Part shown: one piece after another, positions 48,573 through 61,830 of the stretch
Position numbering within the stretch: position 1 is the first letter of the stretch
Layout of the letters: each line of letters starts with the position of its first letter
NCBI RefSeq assembly: GCF_006345805.1
Contig: NC_042998.1
Location: 192,882,001-192,946,000 of the forward strand
Reading direction: 5' to 3'
DNA length: 64,000 bases
From: Octopus sinensis
Lineage: Eukaryota
Position numbers and translations under genes: made by a program
Notes under the pieces: generated by a model
What the model saw: only the letters and a program-made list of their open reading frames with translations
Told to the model about the DNA's origin: nothing
Database searches by the model: none

Positions 48573-48977
48573 ACAATGACCCATGGTCCTCTAAACTAAC
48601 CAAGTTGCATACCAACTCTACCTAAGCTCCCTGACACTTTTCTCATTTGTTGCCTCTATTGTGTCTCATCTCATTATATCTGGTACTTATTTAATCGACC
48701 CCAAAAGGATGAAAGGCAAAGCCGACCTCGGCGGAATTTGAACTCAGAATATAGCAGCAGATGAAATACTGCTAAGCATTTCGCCCTGCATGCTAAAGGT
48801 TCTGCCAGCTCACCGCCATCGAGCCACAAGAAGTCTCATTCAATTCATGCCAACACAGATGATGTAGACATAGAAATGATGATGGTGGTGGCAGTGGCGA
48901 TGCTTAGCAGTAGTAGCTGCAATAGCAGCTGCACTGGTAATAGTAATGATTTTTGTTTTTCTTTTTGTTTCAACAAG

Positions 48978-48991
48978 CATAGTGTTCTCAG
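48978..48991 (+). other. Candidate 14-nt (or 9-nt, 48983-48991) micro-exon
   Basis: Tract 'tttttgtttttctttttgtttcaacaag' and consensus donor CAG|gtaaga. Confidence 0.35.
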
Positions 48992-49081
48992 GTAAGAAAT
49001 ACAACCACAAATTTGTTCCAAGTATTTCGTTTTGGGATTTGGCTTGCAAGATTCTTTATATGAGTTCGTGTGTTGAAGCAT

Positions 49082-49329
49082 ATTCTATTGTGTCTGGGGA
49101 GAGTCATTTTCATTTTGTGCCTTATTATGTAACACAGTCACTGGTAAAATTTCCACGTTTTTCTTATTTTTATTGTCCTAAAATTTTCGTTGCAACCTTT
49201 TCAATAGTTTTGCAAGATGCAACAAAAATTTCCGGAAAATAAAATAAGAAATAAGTGGAAATTTTACCGTTTAATGTGTTACATAATAAGGCACAAAAAG
49301 AAAATGACTCTCCCCAGACACAATAGAAT
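49082..49329. repeat. Inverted duplication of a dispersed repeat, ~115-bp imperfect arms
   Basis: attctattgtgtctggggagagtcattttc...ggtaaaatttccac... pairs with ...gtggaaattttacc...gaaaatgactctccccagacacaatagaat. Confidence 0.88.
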
Positions 49330-49699
49330 TTGTTCCAACAGTTTTACTACTATTGATGGTAACCATTTTAGAGTCGAGGGCTTTTAACTTGGAACTGATG
49401 AGAATGAAAGTAAAATACTGTAACACTTTAGTTCTATCTTCTACTGTTGTTACCATGTCCTTTACCACAACAACAAGAATAATAATAAAATTGATTTCTA
49501 ATTTAGGCACAATGCCAGCAATTTTGAGGAGAGAGATTACATTGACCCAAGTATTTGACTGGTACTTTATTAAACCAGAAAATATGAAAGGCAATATTGG
49601 ACTCAGAATATAAAGAACTACTATTAGACTACCAGAAAAAAATGCCTTGCTGTATTTTTCTGATTATACTACAAGAAACAAAATAATAATGATAACAAC

Positions 49700-50300
49700 A
49701 ATAATAATGGTTTCAAAATTTGGCACAAAGCCAGCAATTTTGAGGAGAGAGGGCAAGCCAATTACATTGATCCCGGTCCTTAACTGATTATTTATTTTCC
49801 CAATCCCCAAAATGACAAGAGGTGAAGTTGACCTTACTGGGATTTGAACTCAGAATGTAAAGAACTAAATGATATACTGCTAAGCATTTTGTCCAAAGCA
49901 CTGATGATTCTGACAGTCGACTGCTCTAATAGTAATTTTCCTATCAACAATAGGCACAAGACCTGAAATTTTTGGGAAAGGTGATAGTTAATTATATCGA
50001 CAACCCCCACCCACCCATTATATCAACCACCAAAAGGATGAAAGGCAAAGACAAGCTTGGTGGAATTTGAACTCAGAACATAAAGACAAGCAGAATACTA
50101 CTAAGCCTTTTGTCTGGTGTGCTAATGATTCTACCAGCTTGCCGGCATCATCATCATCATCATCATCAAAATAATAATAATAATAATAATAATGATAATA
50201 ATAATGATAATAATAATGGTTTCAAATTTAGGCGTAAGGCCAACAATTTCAGTGGGCGGTGGGGTTTGTTGATTACATTGACTCCAGTACTTGATCGGTG
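49700..50300 (-). mobile_element. Cluster of degenerate SINE B-related copies separated by (AAT)/(CAT) runs
   Basis: Repeated 'gaactcagaa...tgctaagcattt...' and 'tttcaaa.tttggcacaa.gccagcaattt'. Confidence 0.7.
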
Positions 50301-51104
50301 TCATCATCATCATCATTATAGGTTGTAGATGTGGGTGGATTAGTTAGAAAAGTGAGCATTTAGTATCACTATTTCCTTAACAATATTGCACATGTAACAC
50401 ATTTAGTTATGGATAATTTCTCTTTTTTCTTTAGGCAGTGAGAGAATATATTGGTATTGAGCCAACGTTCTCTATGAAACCTTGATATCTTAAGCAACAG
50501 GTCGAGCGACTCTCCATGTGATTCCAATCTCATGTTTCAACTATTTCCTCTTCTTTGTTGCTATTTTACTTAATCTTTGATACCTTTTTTTTTTACTTTG
50601 TTAGTGTTGTGTTTGTGCTCCAAGTCGATTTAAAGCATTTAATAGCTACCAAAATACTGGAGGTGAATAAATCACCAATGTAGCTTCCAGTTGCAAATCT
50701 CAAATCAAATGTTTTATTAGTGGGTTTCTAGAATTAGTTGATGTTCGGTTGCACTGGATTGGAATCAAGGTCGGTGGATTCACAGAATTGCTAGAATGGG
50801 CAGACAAAATGCTTTGCAGCATTTGTTCTGGTTCTTTGCATTCATCATCACTATTCATTATTCAACATTCACTTTCCATGCTGGTATGGGTTGGACGGTT
50901 TGACAAGGAGCTGGCTATGCCGAAGACTGCACCAATGTCTTCTGTTACGGAGACCAAAACACACCAGCAAGCGAAGTGTGGGGGGACAAACACAGATACA
51001 CAACATACATACATGCAACCTTTCATACCTACCCTACAATGTCATTCTTAAAATATACAAATACACTGTTGAAATCTTGAAACTACAAAACAACATGTCA
51101 TTAA

Positions 51105-51325
51105 CCCTTTCATTACTGTATTTCTTTTGATATACTCTGTGTTTCTTTCAATTATTTTAAATATAACAAAGAATTTAGTAAAGTAACTTAGTTATCATTC
51201 AGTTAGTATTAGGAACATAAATTGTCACTAAGATTTGGTGGAAGATTTTAATTCAGAGCTTTTGGAAACAAGACATTTGTACTACAGACCCAGAGCCGGT
51301 TTTGGCCAGGTTTGTAATGAAAGGG
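51105..51325. mobile_element. TTAA-flanked piggyBac-type MITE, uninterrupted
   Basis: ttaa|ccctttcattac ... gtaatgaaaggg|ttaa. Confidence 0.9.
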
Positions 51326-51569
51326 TTAATTCTAACCAATGTGAATGAATAAGAAGTACTTTTGACAAAAAAATTTGAATGGTAAAGGGTTAAAAAACAT
51401 TCTGTATTAGAGTTGGAAAGTTAGAAAAGAACTTAGAAAAATATGTAAACAATGACTATTCTTTTATCTTTTTTCTTTTATTTATTATTTTTTTCTTGTT
51501 TCAGTCATTAGACTTTAGTCATGTTGGGGCAATATTTTGAAGAATTTTTAGTCGAATGAATTAATCTCT

Positions 51570-51767
51570 TTTACTCTTTTACTTGTTTCAGTCATTTGAC
51601 TGTGGCCATGCTGGAGCACCACCTTTAGTTGAGCAAGACTTATTCTTTGTAAGCCTAGTACTTATTCTATCGTTCTCTTTTGCTGAACCGCTAAGTTACA
51701 GGGACGTAAACACATCAGCATCAGTTGTTAAGCAATGTTGGGGGGACAAACATAGACACACAAACAT

Positions 51768-51812
<45 letters not shown>

Positions 51813-51971
51813 TATGACGGACTTCTTTCAGTTTCCGTCTACCAAATCCACTCACAAGGCTTTGATCAGCTCGAGGCTATAGTAGAAGACACTTGCCCTA
51901 GGTGCCCCGCAGTGGGACTGAACCCAGAACCTTGTGCTTTGTAAGCAAGCTACTTACCACACAGCCACTCT
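51570..51971 (-). mobile_element. SINE family A
   Basis: Family A motifs on the minus strand. Confidence 0.9.
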
Positions 51972-52294
51972 TGATTCTAGCAATCTCTTTTCCTGAACTG
52001 CTAAAATAGAGGATGTAAACCCAGCAACACCAATCGTCAAGTGATGGTGGGAAACAAATACAGACACAAAGATACACACACACATATATATGCATACATT
52101 TCTAATATAAGGATAATTTTTTTTTTTTATTTTATCAGTGGCCAGCATATGAAAAATACATTTTAAGATGAAAATTATAAATACAATTATAAACAAGAGC
52201 AAAGAAAAAATTTCTTTACTAATATGCTGAAAAATAGACACTAAATTGTCTAACCACATAAAATAATTTCATTTATTATATATACATATATATA

Positions 52295-52525
52295 TTTCTT
52301 TACTACCCACAAGGGGCTAAACACAGAGGGGACAAACAAGGATAGACAAACGGATTAAGTCGATTACATCGACCCCAGTGCGCAGCTGGTACTTAATTTA
52401 TCGATCCCGAAAGGATGAAAGGCAAAGTCGACCTCGGCGGAATTTGAACTCAGAACGTAACGGCAGACGAAATACGGCCACGCATTTCGCCCGGCGTGCT
52501 AACGTTTCTGCCAGCTCGCCGCCTT
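52295..52525 (-). mobile_element. SINE family B, full length
   Basis: Family B motifs ending 'ctgccagctcgccgcctt'. Confidence 0.92.
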
Positions 52526-52541
52526 TTATATATACATATAT

Positions 52542-52726
52542 AGGCGCAGGAGTGGCTGTGTTGTAAGTAGCTTGCTTACGAACCACATGGTTCTGAGTTC
52601 AGTCCTACTGCGTGGCACCTTGGGCAAGTGTCTTCTACTATAGCCTCAGGCTGACCAAAGTCTTGTGAGTGGATTTGGTAGACGGAAACTGAAAGAAGCC
52701 TGTCTATATATGTGTATATATATGTG

Positions 52727-52758
<32 letters not shown>

Positions 52759-53255
52759 ATATATATATACACATATATATATATATATATATATATCATC
52801 ATATATAGTTAATCCAAACATGAAAACACAAAGAGAAAACACAACAACACGAGAACGTGGAACAAGTATAGTGTTATTGGACGATCAGGAAAGAAAAGAA
52901 AGAAGGAGGATTTAACGTTTCGAACGGAAATCTTTGTCAGAAACATAAGAAAAGGAAAGATCCAAGGAAGGGAAGACAGAGTAAAAAAAAATCGCCAACG
53001 ATACACTCGTAGTCACATTTTGAAATGTATGTGTGTGTATATGTTGTGTATCTGTGTTTGTCCCCCCCAACATCGCTTGATAACCGATGCTGGTGTGTTT
53101 AGGCCCCCGTAACTTAGCAGTTCAGCAAAAGAGACTGATAGAATAAGTACTAGGCTTACAAAGAATAAGTCCTGGGGTCGATTTAATTCAACTAAAAGCA
53201 GTGCTCCAGCATGGCCGCAGTCAAATGACTGAAACACGTAAAAGACTAAAAGAGT
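52542..53255 (+). mobile_element. SINE family A split by a ~220-bp unrelated insert in its microsatellite
   Basis: Head at 52542-52705, foreign sequence at about 52805-53025, tail at 53030-53255. Confidence 0.8.
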
Positions 53256-53479
53256 ATATATTTGACTGGCTTCTTTCAGTTTCCTTCTACTAATTCCATT
53301 CCCAATGTTTCGGTCGGCCTGAGGCTATAGTAAAAGACACTTGCCCAAGTGTCACACAATAGAACTGAACCTGGAACCATGTGCTTGGTAAACAAGCTTC
53401 TTACAACAAAGTCACCCCTGCACCTGTTGCTTATTTTTATTATATTAATCGTGCTTGTTTGTATACAACAAAATTGTCT

Positions 53480-54582
53480 TACAAACAATAACTCTGAGCA
53501 CCTTTTCAAACTCCACCTATCTAACACCCGTGGACATGTTTACAAAAGTCAGAAAACAGCACAGCTCCTTCCTTGACTTTCGGAAACATTTTTTCACGCT
53601 AAGAGTTGCTGAAGCATGGAACAAACTGCCAGCATCAGTTGCTAGTTGTCGGAGCACTGCATCCTTCAAAACTTCCATGCTTCCTGAGATTCACCAACAC
53701 TACACCTGATTTTCTCCCCTCCATATACACGCAAGCATGTATCTGACTCATACATTGTTCGCTTTCCAGACATTTTTACATTACTGCATATACTCTATAT
53801 GCACTCTCTTAGTTTATTCATGCTCTTTTATACAATAAAGCATAATGATTTTACTTTTTAAGCTTAATCTCTTAATCTCATGTCTTGGATACTTAGAACA
53901 TATTTACAAAGTCAGAAAACAGCACAGCTCCCATGATTTTCGGAAAGATTTTTTCACGCTGAGAGTTGCTGAAGCATGGAACAGACTGCCGGCATCAGTT
54001 GCTAGTTGTCGGAGCACTGCATCCTTCAAAACTTCCATGCTTCCTGAGATTCACCAACACTACACCTGATTTTCTCCCCTCCATACACACGCAAGCATGT
54101 ATCTGACTCATACATTGTTCGCTTTCCAGACATTTGTACATTACTGCATATACTCTATATGCACTCTCTTAGTTTATTCATGCTCTTTTATACAATAAAG
54201 CATAATGATTTTACTTTTTAAGCTTAATCTCTTAATCTCATGTCTTGGATACTTAGAACATATTTACAAAGTCAGAAAACAGCACAGCTCCCATGATTTT
54301 CGGAAAGATTTTTTCACGCTAAGAGTTGCTGAAGCATGGAACAGACTGCCGGCATCAGTTGTTAGTTGTCGGAGCACTGCATCCTTCAAAACTTCCATGC
54401 TTCCTGAGATTCACCAACACTACACCTGATTTTCTCCCCTCCGTACACACGCAAGCATGTATCTGACTCATACATTGTTCGCTTTCCAGACATTTGTACA
54501 TTACTGCATATGCTTTATATGCACTTTTTGACAAGTTGTGGTGCACCTGGGAACTGTATACAATAATTTCATCATCATTATT
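53480..54582 (+). repeat. Tandem triplication (360-bp period) of a CR1-like LINE 3' end
   Basis: 'ctacacctgattttctcccc' at about 53700, 54060 and 54420; the same 95-bp AT-rich linker precedes copies 2 and 3. Confidence 0.95.
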
Positions 54583-54812
54583 TTATGAATTTCCTAAAGC
54601 CCAAAGTCATATTTTCAAAACTCTAAATACCTCTTGCGTACCACAATGCATTGTCTGAAGGCCTCAAGCACAGCAGAAGTTCCTCTTTTGTTTTTTTTTT
54701 AGTTTGCACTTTTAGTTATCTTGTCTTGGGTGCACCCAAAGAGTTTAATGAACAGCAGTCATGTAGCAGGCTGGATTGATCAATTTTAACCTACTCCTGT
54801 AAATAACTCTGA

Positions 54813-54881
<69 letters not shown>

Positions 54882-55233
54882 GATACTACTGCTGCTGCTG
54901 ATACTACTACTGCTACTACTACTACTACTACTACCACCACTACTACCACCACCACCACCACCACCACTACTACTACTACTACTACCACTACTACTACTAC
55001 TACTACTACTGCTGCTGTACTACTACTACTACTACTACCACTACTACTACTACTACTACTACTGCTGCTGTTACTACTACTACTACTGCTGTTGCTGCTG
55101 TTACAACTACTACTACTACTGCTGCTGCTGCTGTTACTACTATTACTAATACTGCTGCTACAACAACAACAACTACTACTACTACTGCTGCTGCTGCTAA
55201 TACTGCTGCTAATACTGCTGCTACTACTACTAC
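54813..55233. repeat. (ACT)n/(ACC)n/(GCT)n compound trinucleotide repeat
   Basis: Directly visible. Confidence 0.95.
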
Positions 55234-55589
55234 GTCATTAAGAAAAGAGGATTAGTTACACTATAGGGACTTGTGAAAGCAACAGCGAATCATGTACCAG
55301 GCTCAGTTTAATTACCTATGCTCCCCCAACTGAAATACCTGAACTTGTGCCTTTTTACGAAATGGTTGTTGTTGTTGTTGTGTAGGGTGGTGGATGGTAG
55401 AATTGGTAAACTAGGTCAACTTTATGATTGCATCGCTCTGGAGTTGATTAAAAAAAAAAGTACCAGTGATATACTGAGGTTAATTTAATTCATTGCTCCC
55501 TTGTCCCAAAACATTCATGTTCTTGTATCTCTATTAGGAATTATCATTGTTGTTGTTGTTATTATTATTATTATTATTATCATTATTAT

Positions 55590-56455
55590 TAAGGTGGTGA
55601 GGTGGCAGAATCGTTAGCATGCTGGACGAAATGTTTAGCAGTATTTCGCCCGTTGCTATGTTCTGAGTTCAAACTCTGCTGAGGTCGACTTTGCCTTTCA
55701 TCCTTTCAGGTCAATAAAATATGTACCAGCTGAATACTGGGATCAATGAACACTTGTGGCAAAATTTGAAATTATTATTATTATTATTATTATTATTGAG
55801 TGAGAGAGAAGTGCATGTCATCAAAGTGACACTGGGGTAAAATATACGAAGCCCAGTATACCCATCATGACTACCCGTCTGATAAGGGTACACCAGGCAC
55901 ATGCATCACAACCATTTGTGAGCGACATGGTGATCTCATATCAAGATATTATTATTATTATTATTATTATTACTATTCTGTTATGTGGAAGCTTCATCTT
56001 ATGCACTCTTTGTTACCCCTCCCTGTTATGTTGCCTCATCTGATGCCCTTGGGACAGTAAAAGAAATGATTGCGATATTTTGATATAATGTTCACCAAGG
56101 CCGACTTTGTCTTTCACCCTTACAGGGTTGATAAAACAAAGTAACAATCTAGTACTGGGGGTCACTTTGATCAACTACACCCCCACCAAAAGCAAAAAAA
56201 AAAAAAATAATAATTGCTGGCCTTTTATCTTGTCAGAAACATTAATTCTTTTTTATAAGGGTGATGAATTGACAGAATCGTTCAAGTACCAAAAGCAAAA
56301 TGCCTTAGAGTACTTCTTCTAGCTCTTTACATTCTGAGTTTGAATCCCACCAAGTTCAACAAAAATGAAATGCCAGTCAAGCCCTGGGGTTGCGGTAACC
56401 AACTTACACCCACCCCCATCCTAGATTTTCTTGACCTGTGTAAAAAATCTGAAAC

Positions 56456-56491
<36 letters not shown>

Positions 56492-57145
56492 ATAGTTTTA
56501 TTTTTATAAGGTGCTTTCAGTTCACTACCGAGTGCAGCTCTGTGTGCTTGGGTATGTGCTGTGGTTTGCTGTGATGCTCTGATGGTTACTGTATTGAAAT
56601 TATTATTATTATTATTATTATTATCATCATCATAATCATCATCATCATCATCATCAAGGTGGTGAGCTGGCAGAATTATTATTAGCACACTGGACAGAAA
56701 TACTTAGCAACATTTCATCCACTTTTTACGTTCTGAGTTCAAATTCTGCCAAGGTCAACATTGCCTTTCATCCTCATGGGGTCAAAGAAATAATTACCAG
56801 TTTGCACATTGATATCTATGTAATCGATTGACATCCTCCCCACCAATTTTCAGGCCTTGTGCCTATATCAGAAAAGATTATTATTATGATTATGATTGTC
56901 GTTATTATCATTATTTACTTTTATGATTAAGCTGGCAATTTGGTTGAATCATTATCATGTCGGGCAAAATGCTAAACCACACTTTTTCTGGCTGTTTATA
57001 TTCTGAGTTCAGATTTCACCAAGGTCGACTTTACCTTTCGTCCATTCAAGGTCAATAAAATAAGTACCAATCAAGTACCGGAGTTGATGTAATAGACTTA
57101 TCCCTTCTCCCCCAAAATTACTGGTCTCATGCCAAAATTCACAGC
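55590..57145 (+). mobile_element. Cluster of degenerate SINE B-related copies interleaved with (ATT)n runs
   Basis: Repeated 'aaggtggtgag.tggcagaa', 'ttctgagttcaaa' and 'gcctttcatcc' at about 55591, 56290, 56657 and 56930. Confidence 0.75.
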
Positions 57146-57546
57146 CATTATTATTGCTGTTGTTATTGCCGTTTCTGATCTTCAAAAGGCGAATGAACAT
57201 TTGAAAATAGGCAATTAGTTTATAGCTTATAAATTTATAGCATTATGAATATTTAAGTGGATAAATATGAGAAGAAAATGGGAGGTGGTGGTGATGGTGA
57301 TGGTGGTGGAGGAATCCAACTTTATGTCATATTAATAAATAGTTGACTAGATGATATTAAAATAGAACTAGATATTTAAACAGAACTAGAGATTTAGAAT
57401 TAAAAATTTTATTTTGAATGCTAATACAGAATTTTCATAATGTTTATATTAAAAATCATTTACTTTGCCTCAAGTTACGTTTCAAAAGAATAATGATATA
57501 ATACAAATACAAAGCAAAAGTAAAAAAATAAATAGTGAATTATTAC

Positions 57547-57658
57547 CGAAATTATGTCCGGTTCCATATATTTTATCTCCTTAACATCCTTCATTTTTGT
57601 TTCGTAATACTTCCTTTGATAATATTCTCACTGCTAATGTCGAGGGCTCACTGATACT
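57547..57658 (-). other. Candidate exon containing a start codon (CDS 57547-57594: MKDVKEIKYMEPDIIS)
   Basis: Acceptor 'aaccttttcacag', aaaaATG context with upstream in-frame stops, donor TCG|gtaata. Confidence 0.25.
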
Positions 57659-59364
57659 CTGTGAAAAGGTTTCAAATTTATGTAGGTGATGTAGAATGCG
57701 GTAAACTTCAGCTATATGCATTAGGAGATGTGATTAGTTGACTACACCATATCATTACATACACATAGCTGAAGTTATTTTCGTTTTTAAAAAAAAGTAA
57801 AAAAATGTAGCTAGGAATCTTGCCTCCCTATAAGTAGGCAGTTACTGCTATATGTAGGGCTTCACATGCCTTCAGGATCCTAAACAGGGGATAGTATTTT
57901 CTTACATGTTAAAACTGAAAGGCAGTGAGATTGACTTACTGTGGCAAGCTAAAACATTCTTCTATGGACATCTTTGACGCTGGAAGATGGTTTGTAATTG
58001 CAATTTTTTAATTTATATTTACATTTTATTTATTCACTCATTAAATATTGGTCAGGGACTTAATTAAAAAATATCTCTTGTTTTGTAAAGTAATACAGAA
58101 TAAAACAGGGATTTATTTACGTCTCCTTTCACTATCAGCTACTAAAGAAAAAATGCAATTCTTAAATATATCTACATTACTAACTTTCTCTTTCTTTCTC
58201 TCTCTCTCTCCCTCTCTCTCTCTCATTAAGCCCTATCTATCTTTCTATCTTTATTTCATTTTGCAAATAATTGTTTTATTATCCCTTTTCTACCATGATA
58301 TCTGAGTTATCTGCCAACTTTATCAGATTTTTTCACAAGTAGCTGAGATATACTTCACATTCCATACTTAGATTAAGTGACAGCTCCGAATATTTCCTCT
58401 ACACTATCATCTTACGAAACAGATGTGTCAGAATCTATTGTTATATCATAGATATCAAACCAGTGGGTCACAATCTTTTTGGCTGTATATACACTGGGGG
58501 ATCAATTAGGAAATCCCTGGGACACATCACATGAAAATTCAAAAGAGAAAGAAAGAAGGAAAATCTTAGCTTTAATCTTAAAAATCCAGAGAAAGAAAAC
58601 AACATTTAGAAAAAATATAATTATTTAAGACCTCATACATGTGTATAATAAATTTATGACTAACATTTTTACAAGATACCTAAGCGTTGATATAATATAT
58701 GTTTTTTAAAGACTTACACTATAGTTTTGAAAATATTGCAGTGCGCCTCAGTGGGTCATAACACATCGTTTAAGAACCTTTGCATTAGACCATAACTTCA
58801 TCTTCAATAATTATTATCAATTCTAATTACAACTGTTTTATGTTGTAAATGTTTTACTTCTTTTAAACCCCAGCAACATCCACTATAGTAATTCTATTGC
58901 AGTAGTTAAAATAAATTTGTTTCCCCCTTTTTTTTCTCTTTTTGGTGGATGGATTGGTAGGGTAGCCTGAGCCGTTGTTGATTGTGAGAATGATGATAAA
59001 GATTAATAGCTCTATGATTTGATCAAACTTGCCTGATGATGAAAGACACGAATAGTAAATCTCAAATACTATAGAGGTGATTTATGTATAATGTATATGT
59101 ATGTGTTAAGTGTATATGTGTGTATGTATGTATTGTAGTGTATATGTATTGTGTGTATCATCATATGTTAGTGTCCACTTTTCTATGTTTGCATGAGTCA
59201 GATGGGAATTTGTTGAGGTAGATTTTCTATCACTGGACACCCTTTATGTTGCCAAACGGCACCTGTTCCCTCATAGCCAGACACTGCTTCTATGACAGTG
59301 ATACTCATTTGGTATTGCGGCACAATGACAATAGAAAGAGATTCATAAGCAACACAAGTGTGTT

Positions 59365-59368
59365 TTCA

Positions 59369-59407
<39 letters not shown>

Positions 59408-59490
59408 GTATAAGTGTATGTATATGTATATATATATATATATGTGTATATATATATATATGTATATGTATATGTATATATATATATGTA

Positions 59491-59538
<48 letters not shown>

Positions 59539-59622
59539 GTACATATATATATATATATATGTAATATATATATGTATGTATATATGTATGTATGTATATG
59601 TATATGTATATATATATGTATG

Positions 59623-59664
<42 letters not shown>

Positions 59665-59700
59665 TATATATGTATGTATATGTATGTATATATATATACA
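59365..59700. repeat. (TA)n/(TATG)n microsatellite attached to a half SINE A (59700-59855, minus)
   Basis: Directly visible; 'ccaaatccacccacaggactttggtc...agtagaagacac' is degenerate family A. Confidence 0.9.
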
Positions 59701-60162
59701 TAATGCACTTCCTTCAGTCTCCATCCACCAAATCCACCCACAGGACTTTGGTCAACCTAGGGAGATAGTAGAAGACACTAGCCTATGGTGCCACACAGTA
59801 GGATTAAACTTGAAGTCACATGATTGAGGAATGAACTTCTTAACCACACATCCATCCCTATGCATGTGTGTGTGTGTGTGTGTGTGTGTTGTGTGTGTGT
59901 GTGTTAGAAAAGAATATTCTGTGTGTATACTAACCATGAAATTTTTTTTTAACTAGTTTAAATGATACAAATATTTACTCCAACAAATATCAATTTCCAA
60001 GCATGAATTTGAAAATATTTAATATGAAAATGTTAATTTAATTTTTTTTTAATCTGAAAATATTATTATTTTGCTCCTTTGTCCTCTTCAATATTCTAAG
60101 CTCCCTAACATAAATTTTACTTTTGCATACTGAATTAAAATAGCAAAACAAAACACAACATA

Positions 60163-60590
60163 TAGGCGTAGGAGTAGCTGTGTGGTAAATAGCTTGTTTA
60201 CTAACCACATGGTTCTGGGTTCAGTCCCACTGCGTGGCACCTTGGGCAAGTGTCTTCAACTTATAGCCTCGGGCCGACCAATGCCTTGTGAGTGGATTTG
60301 GTAGACGGAAACTGAAAGAAGCCCGTCGTATATATGTATATATATATATATATATGCGTGTGTGTTTGTGTGTCTGTGTTTGTCCCCCTAGCATCGCTTG
60401 ACAACCGATGCTGGTGTGTTTACGTCCCCGTCACTTAGCGGTTCGGCAAATGAGACCGATAGAATAAGTACTGGGCTTACAAAAGAATAAGTCCCGGGGT
60501 CGAGTTGCTCGATTAAAGGCGGTGCTCCAGCATGGCCGCAGTTAAATGACTGAAACAAGTAAAAGAGTAAGTAGAAAGTAAAGAGAGAGT
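60163..60590 (+). mobile_element. SINE family A, full length
   Basis: Head 'aggcgtaggagtagctgtgtggtaa', tail 'gactgaaacaagtaaaagagtaag'. Confidence 0.93.
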
Positions 60591-61233
60591 TAAAATATTA
60601 GTTTTTTTTTTTTATTTAGTCCTGTTCCTTTTTATCCCTGTTGCAAATAATGAACAAATATTGAGAGAGTCGAATTTAACGTTAATACTGTACACCAATT
60701 AGGTAAAATGTTTTATGCAGATTGTTGTCAGGGAGCCATAAAACACGTGTTTTAATCCAAACATATGTTTTTTATGATAATGCTATCCATCAATTGAGTT
60801 GAAAAAGACTTTTTAATAGTTAACAGATCTTTGAAGTCCACCGGGCTGGTATTTATCTCTCATTTAAGTGATTTTAAGCTTATAAGAGAAGTGTTCTTCT
60901 GGATAGGGAACCTGTATATCACAGATAAGTGTTCCCACTAGAGGAATTGAACTGAGTATAGCTTACACTAGGGAATTATACCACCTTATTGTACATGCTT
61001 AAAGAAAATGAGGCACATTAAGTTATTTATAGATCAGTGCTGCTAACAAGATATTTTTTGGTTTCTGCAATCTGAAAGTTTAGGACTTGATAGTTCCAGA
61101 TAAATACCAGTACTGTTAAAACACAGGCACAAAGTACCTGAAGCTGTTTCAGTACCTGATTTGATTAAATAATCATTTCTAGAATAGGTACAAGACCTAA
61201 GATTTGGTGGCAGAGGTGGAAGTTGGTCATTTA

Positions 61234-61353
61234 AAAATAATAATAATAATAATAATAATAATAGTAATAATAATAATAATAATAGTAATAATAGTAATAA
61301 TAATAGTAATAATAGTAATAATAATAGTAATAATAGTAATAATAATAGTAATA

Positions 61354-61384
<31 letters not shown>

Positions 61385-61389
61385 TAGTA

Positions 61390-61420
<31 letters not shown>

Positions 61421-61830
61421 TTTTAATAATAATAATGAAATTATTGTACACAGTGCTCAGGTGCACCACAACTTGTCAAAAGTGTGTATAAAGTATATGC
61501 AGTAATGTCTGGAAAGCAAACAGTGTATGAATCAGATACATGCTTGTGTGTGTATGGAGGGGAGAAAATCAGGTGTAGTGTTGACGAATCTCAGGAAGCA
61601 TGGAAGTTTTGAAGGATGCAGTGCTCTGACAACTAACAACTGATGCTGGCAGTTTGTTCCATGCTTCAGCAACTCTTAGCGTGAAAAAATGTTTCCAAAA
61701 GTCATGGGAGCTGTGCTGTTTTTTGACTTTGTAAACATGTCCACAGGTGTTAGACAGGTGTAGTTTGAAAAGGTGCTCAGAGTTATTGTTTGTTAGATGG
61801 TTAATAATTTTATGGGTGTCTGCCAAGTCA
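61234..61830 (-). mobile_element. CR1-like LINE 3' fragment with an expanded (ATT/ACT)n tail (61234-61436)
   Basis: Minus-strand 'NNNSEHLFKLHLSNTCGHVYKVKKQHSSHDFWKHFFTLRVAEAWNKLPASVVSCQSTASFKTSML'. Confidence 0.85.

Noticed and set aside
50730-50850. Plus-strand exon GFLELVDVRLHWIGIKVGGFTELLEWADKML
   Set aside because: The distal part is a degenerate SINE B-type head ('gaattgctagaatgggcagacaaaatgctttgcagcattt').
54630-54800. Exon candidates on either strand before the trinucleotide tract
   Set aside because: Minus frames hit stops with no acceptor; plus frames have an acceptor but no convincing donor.
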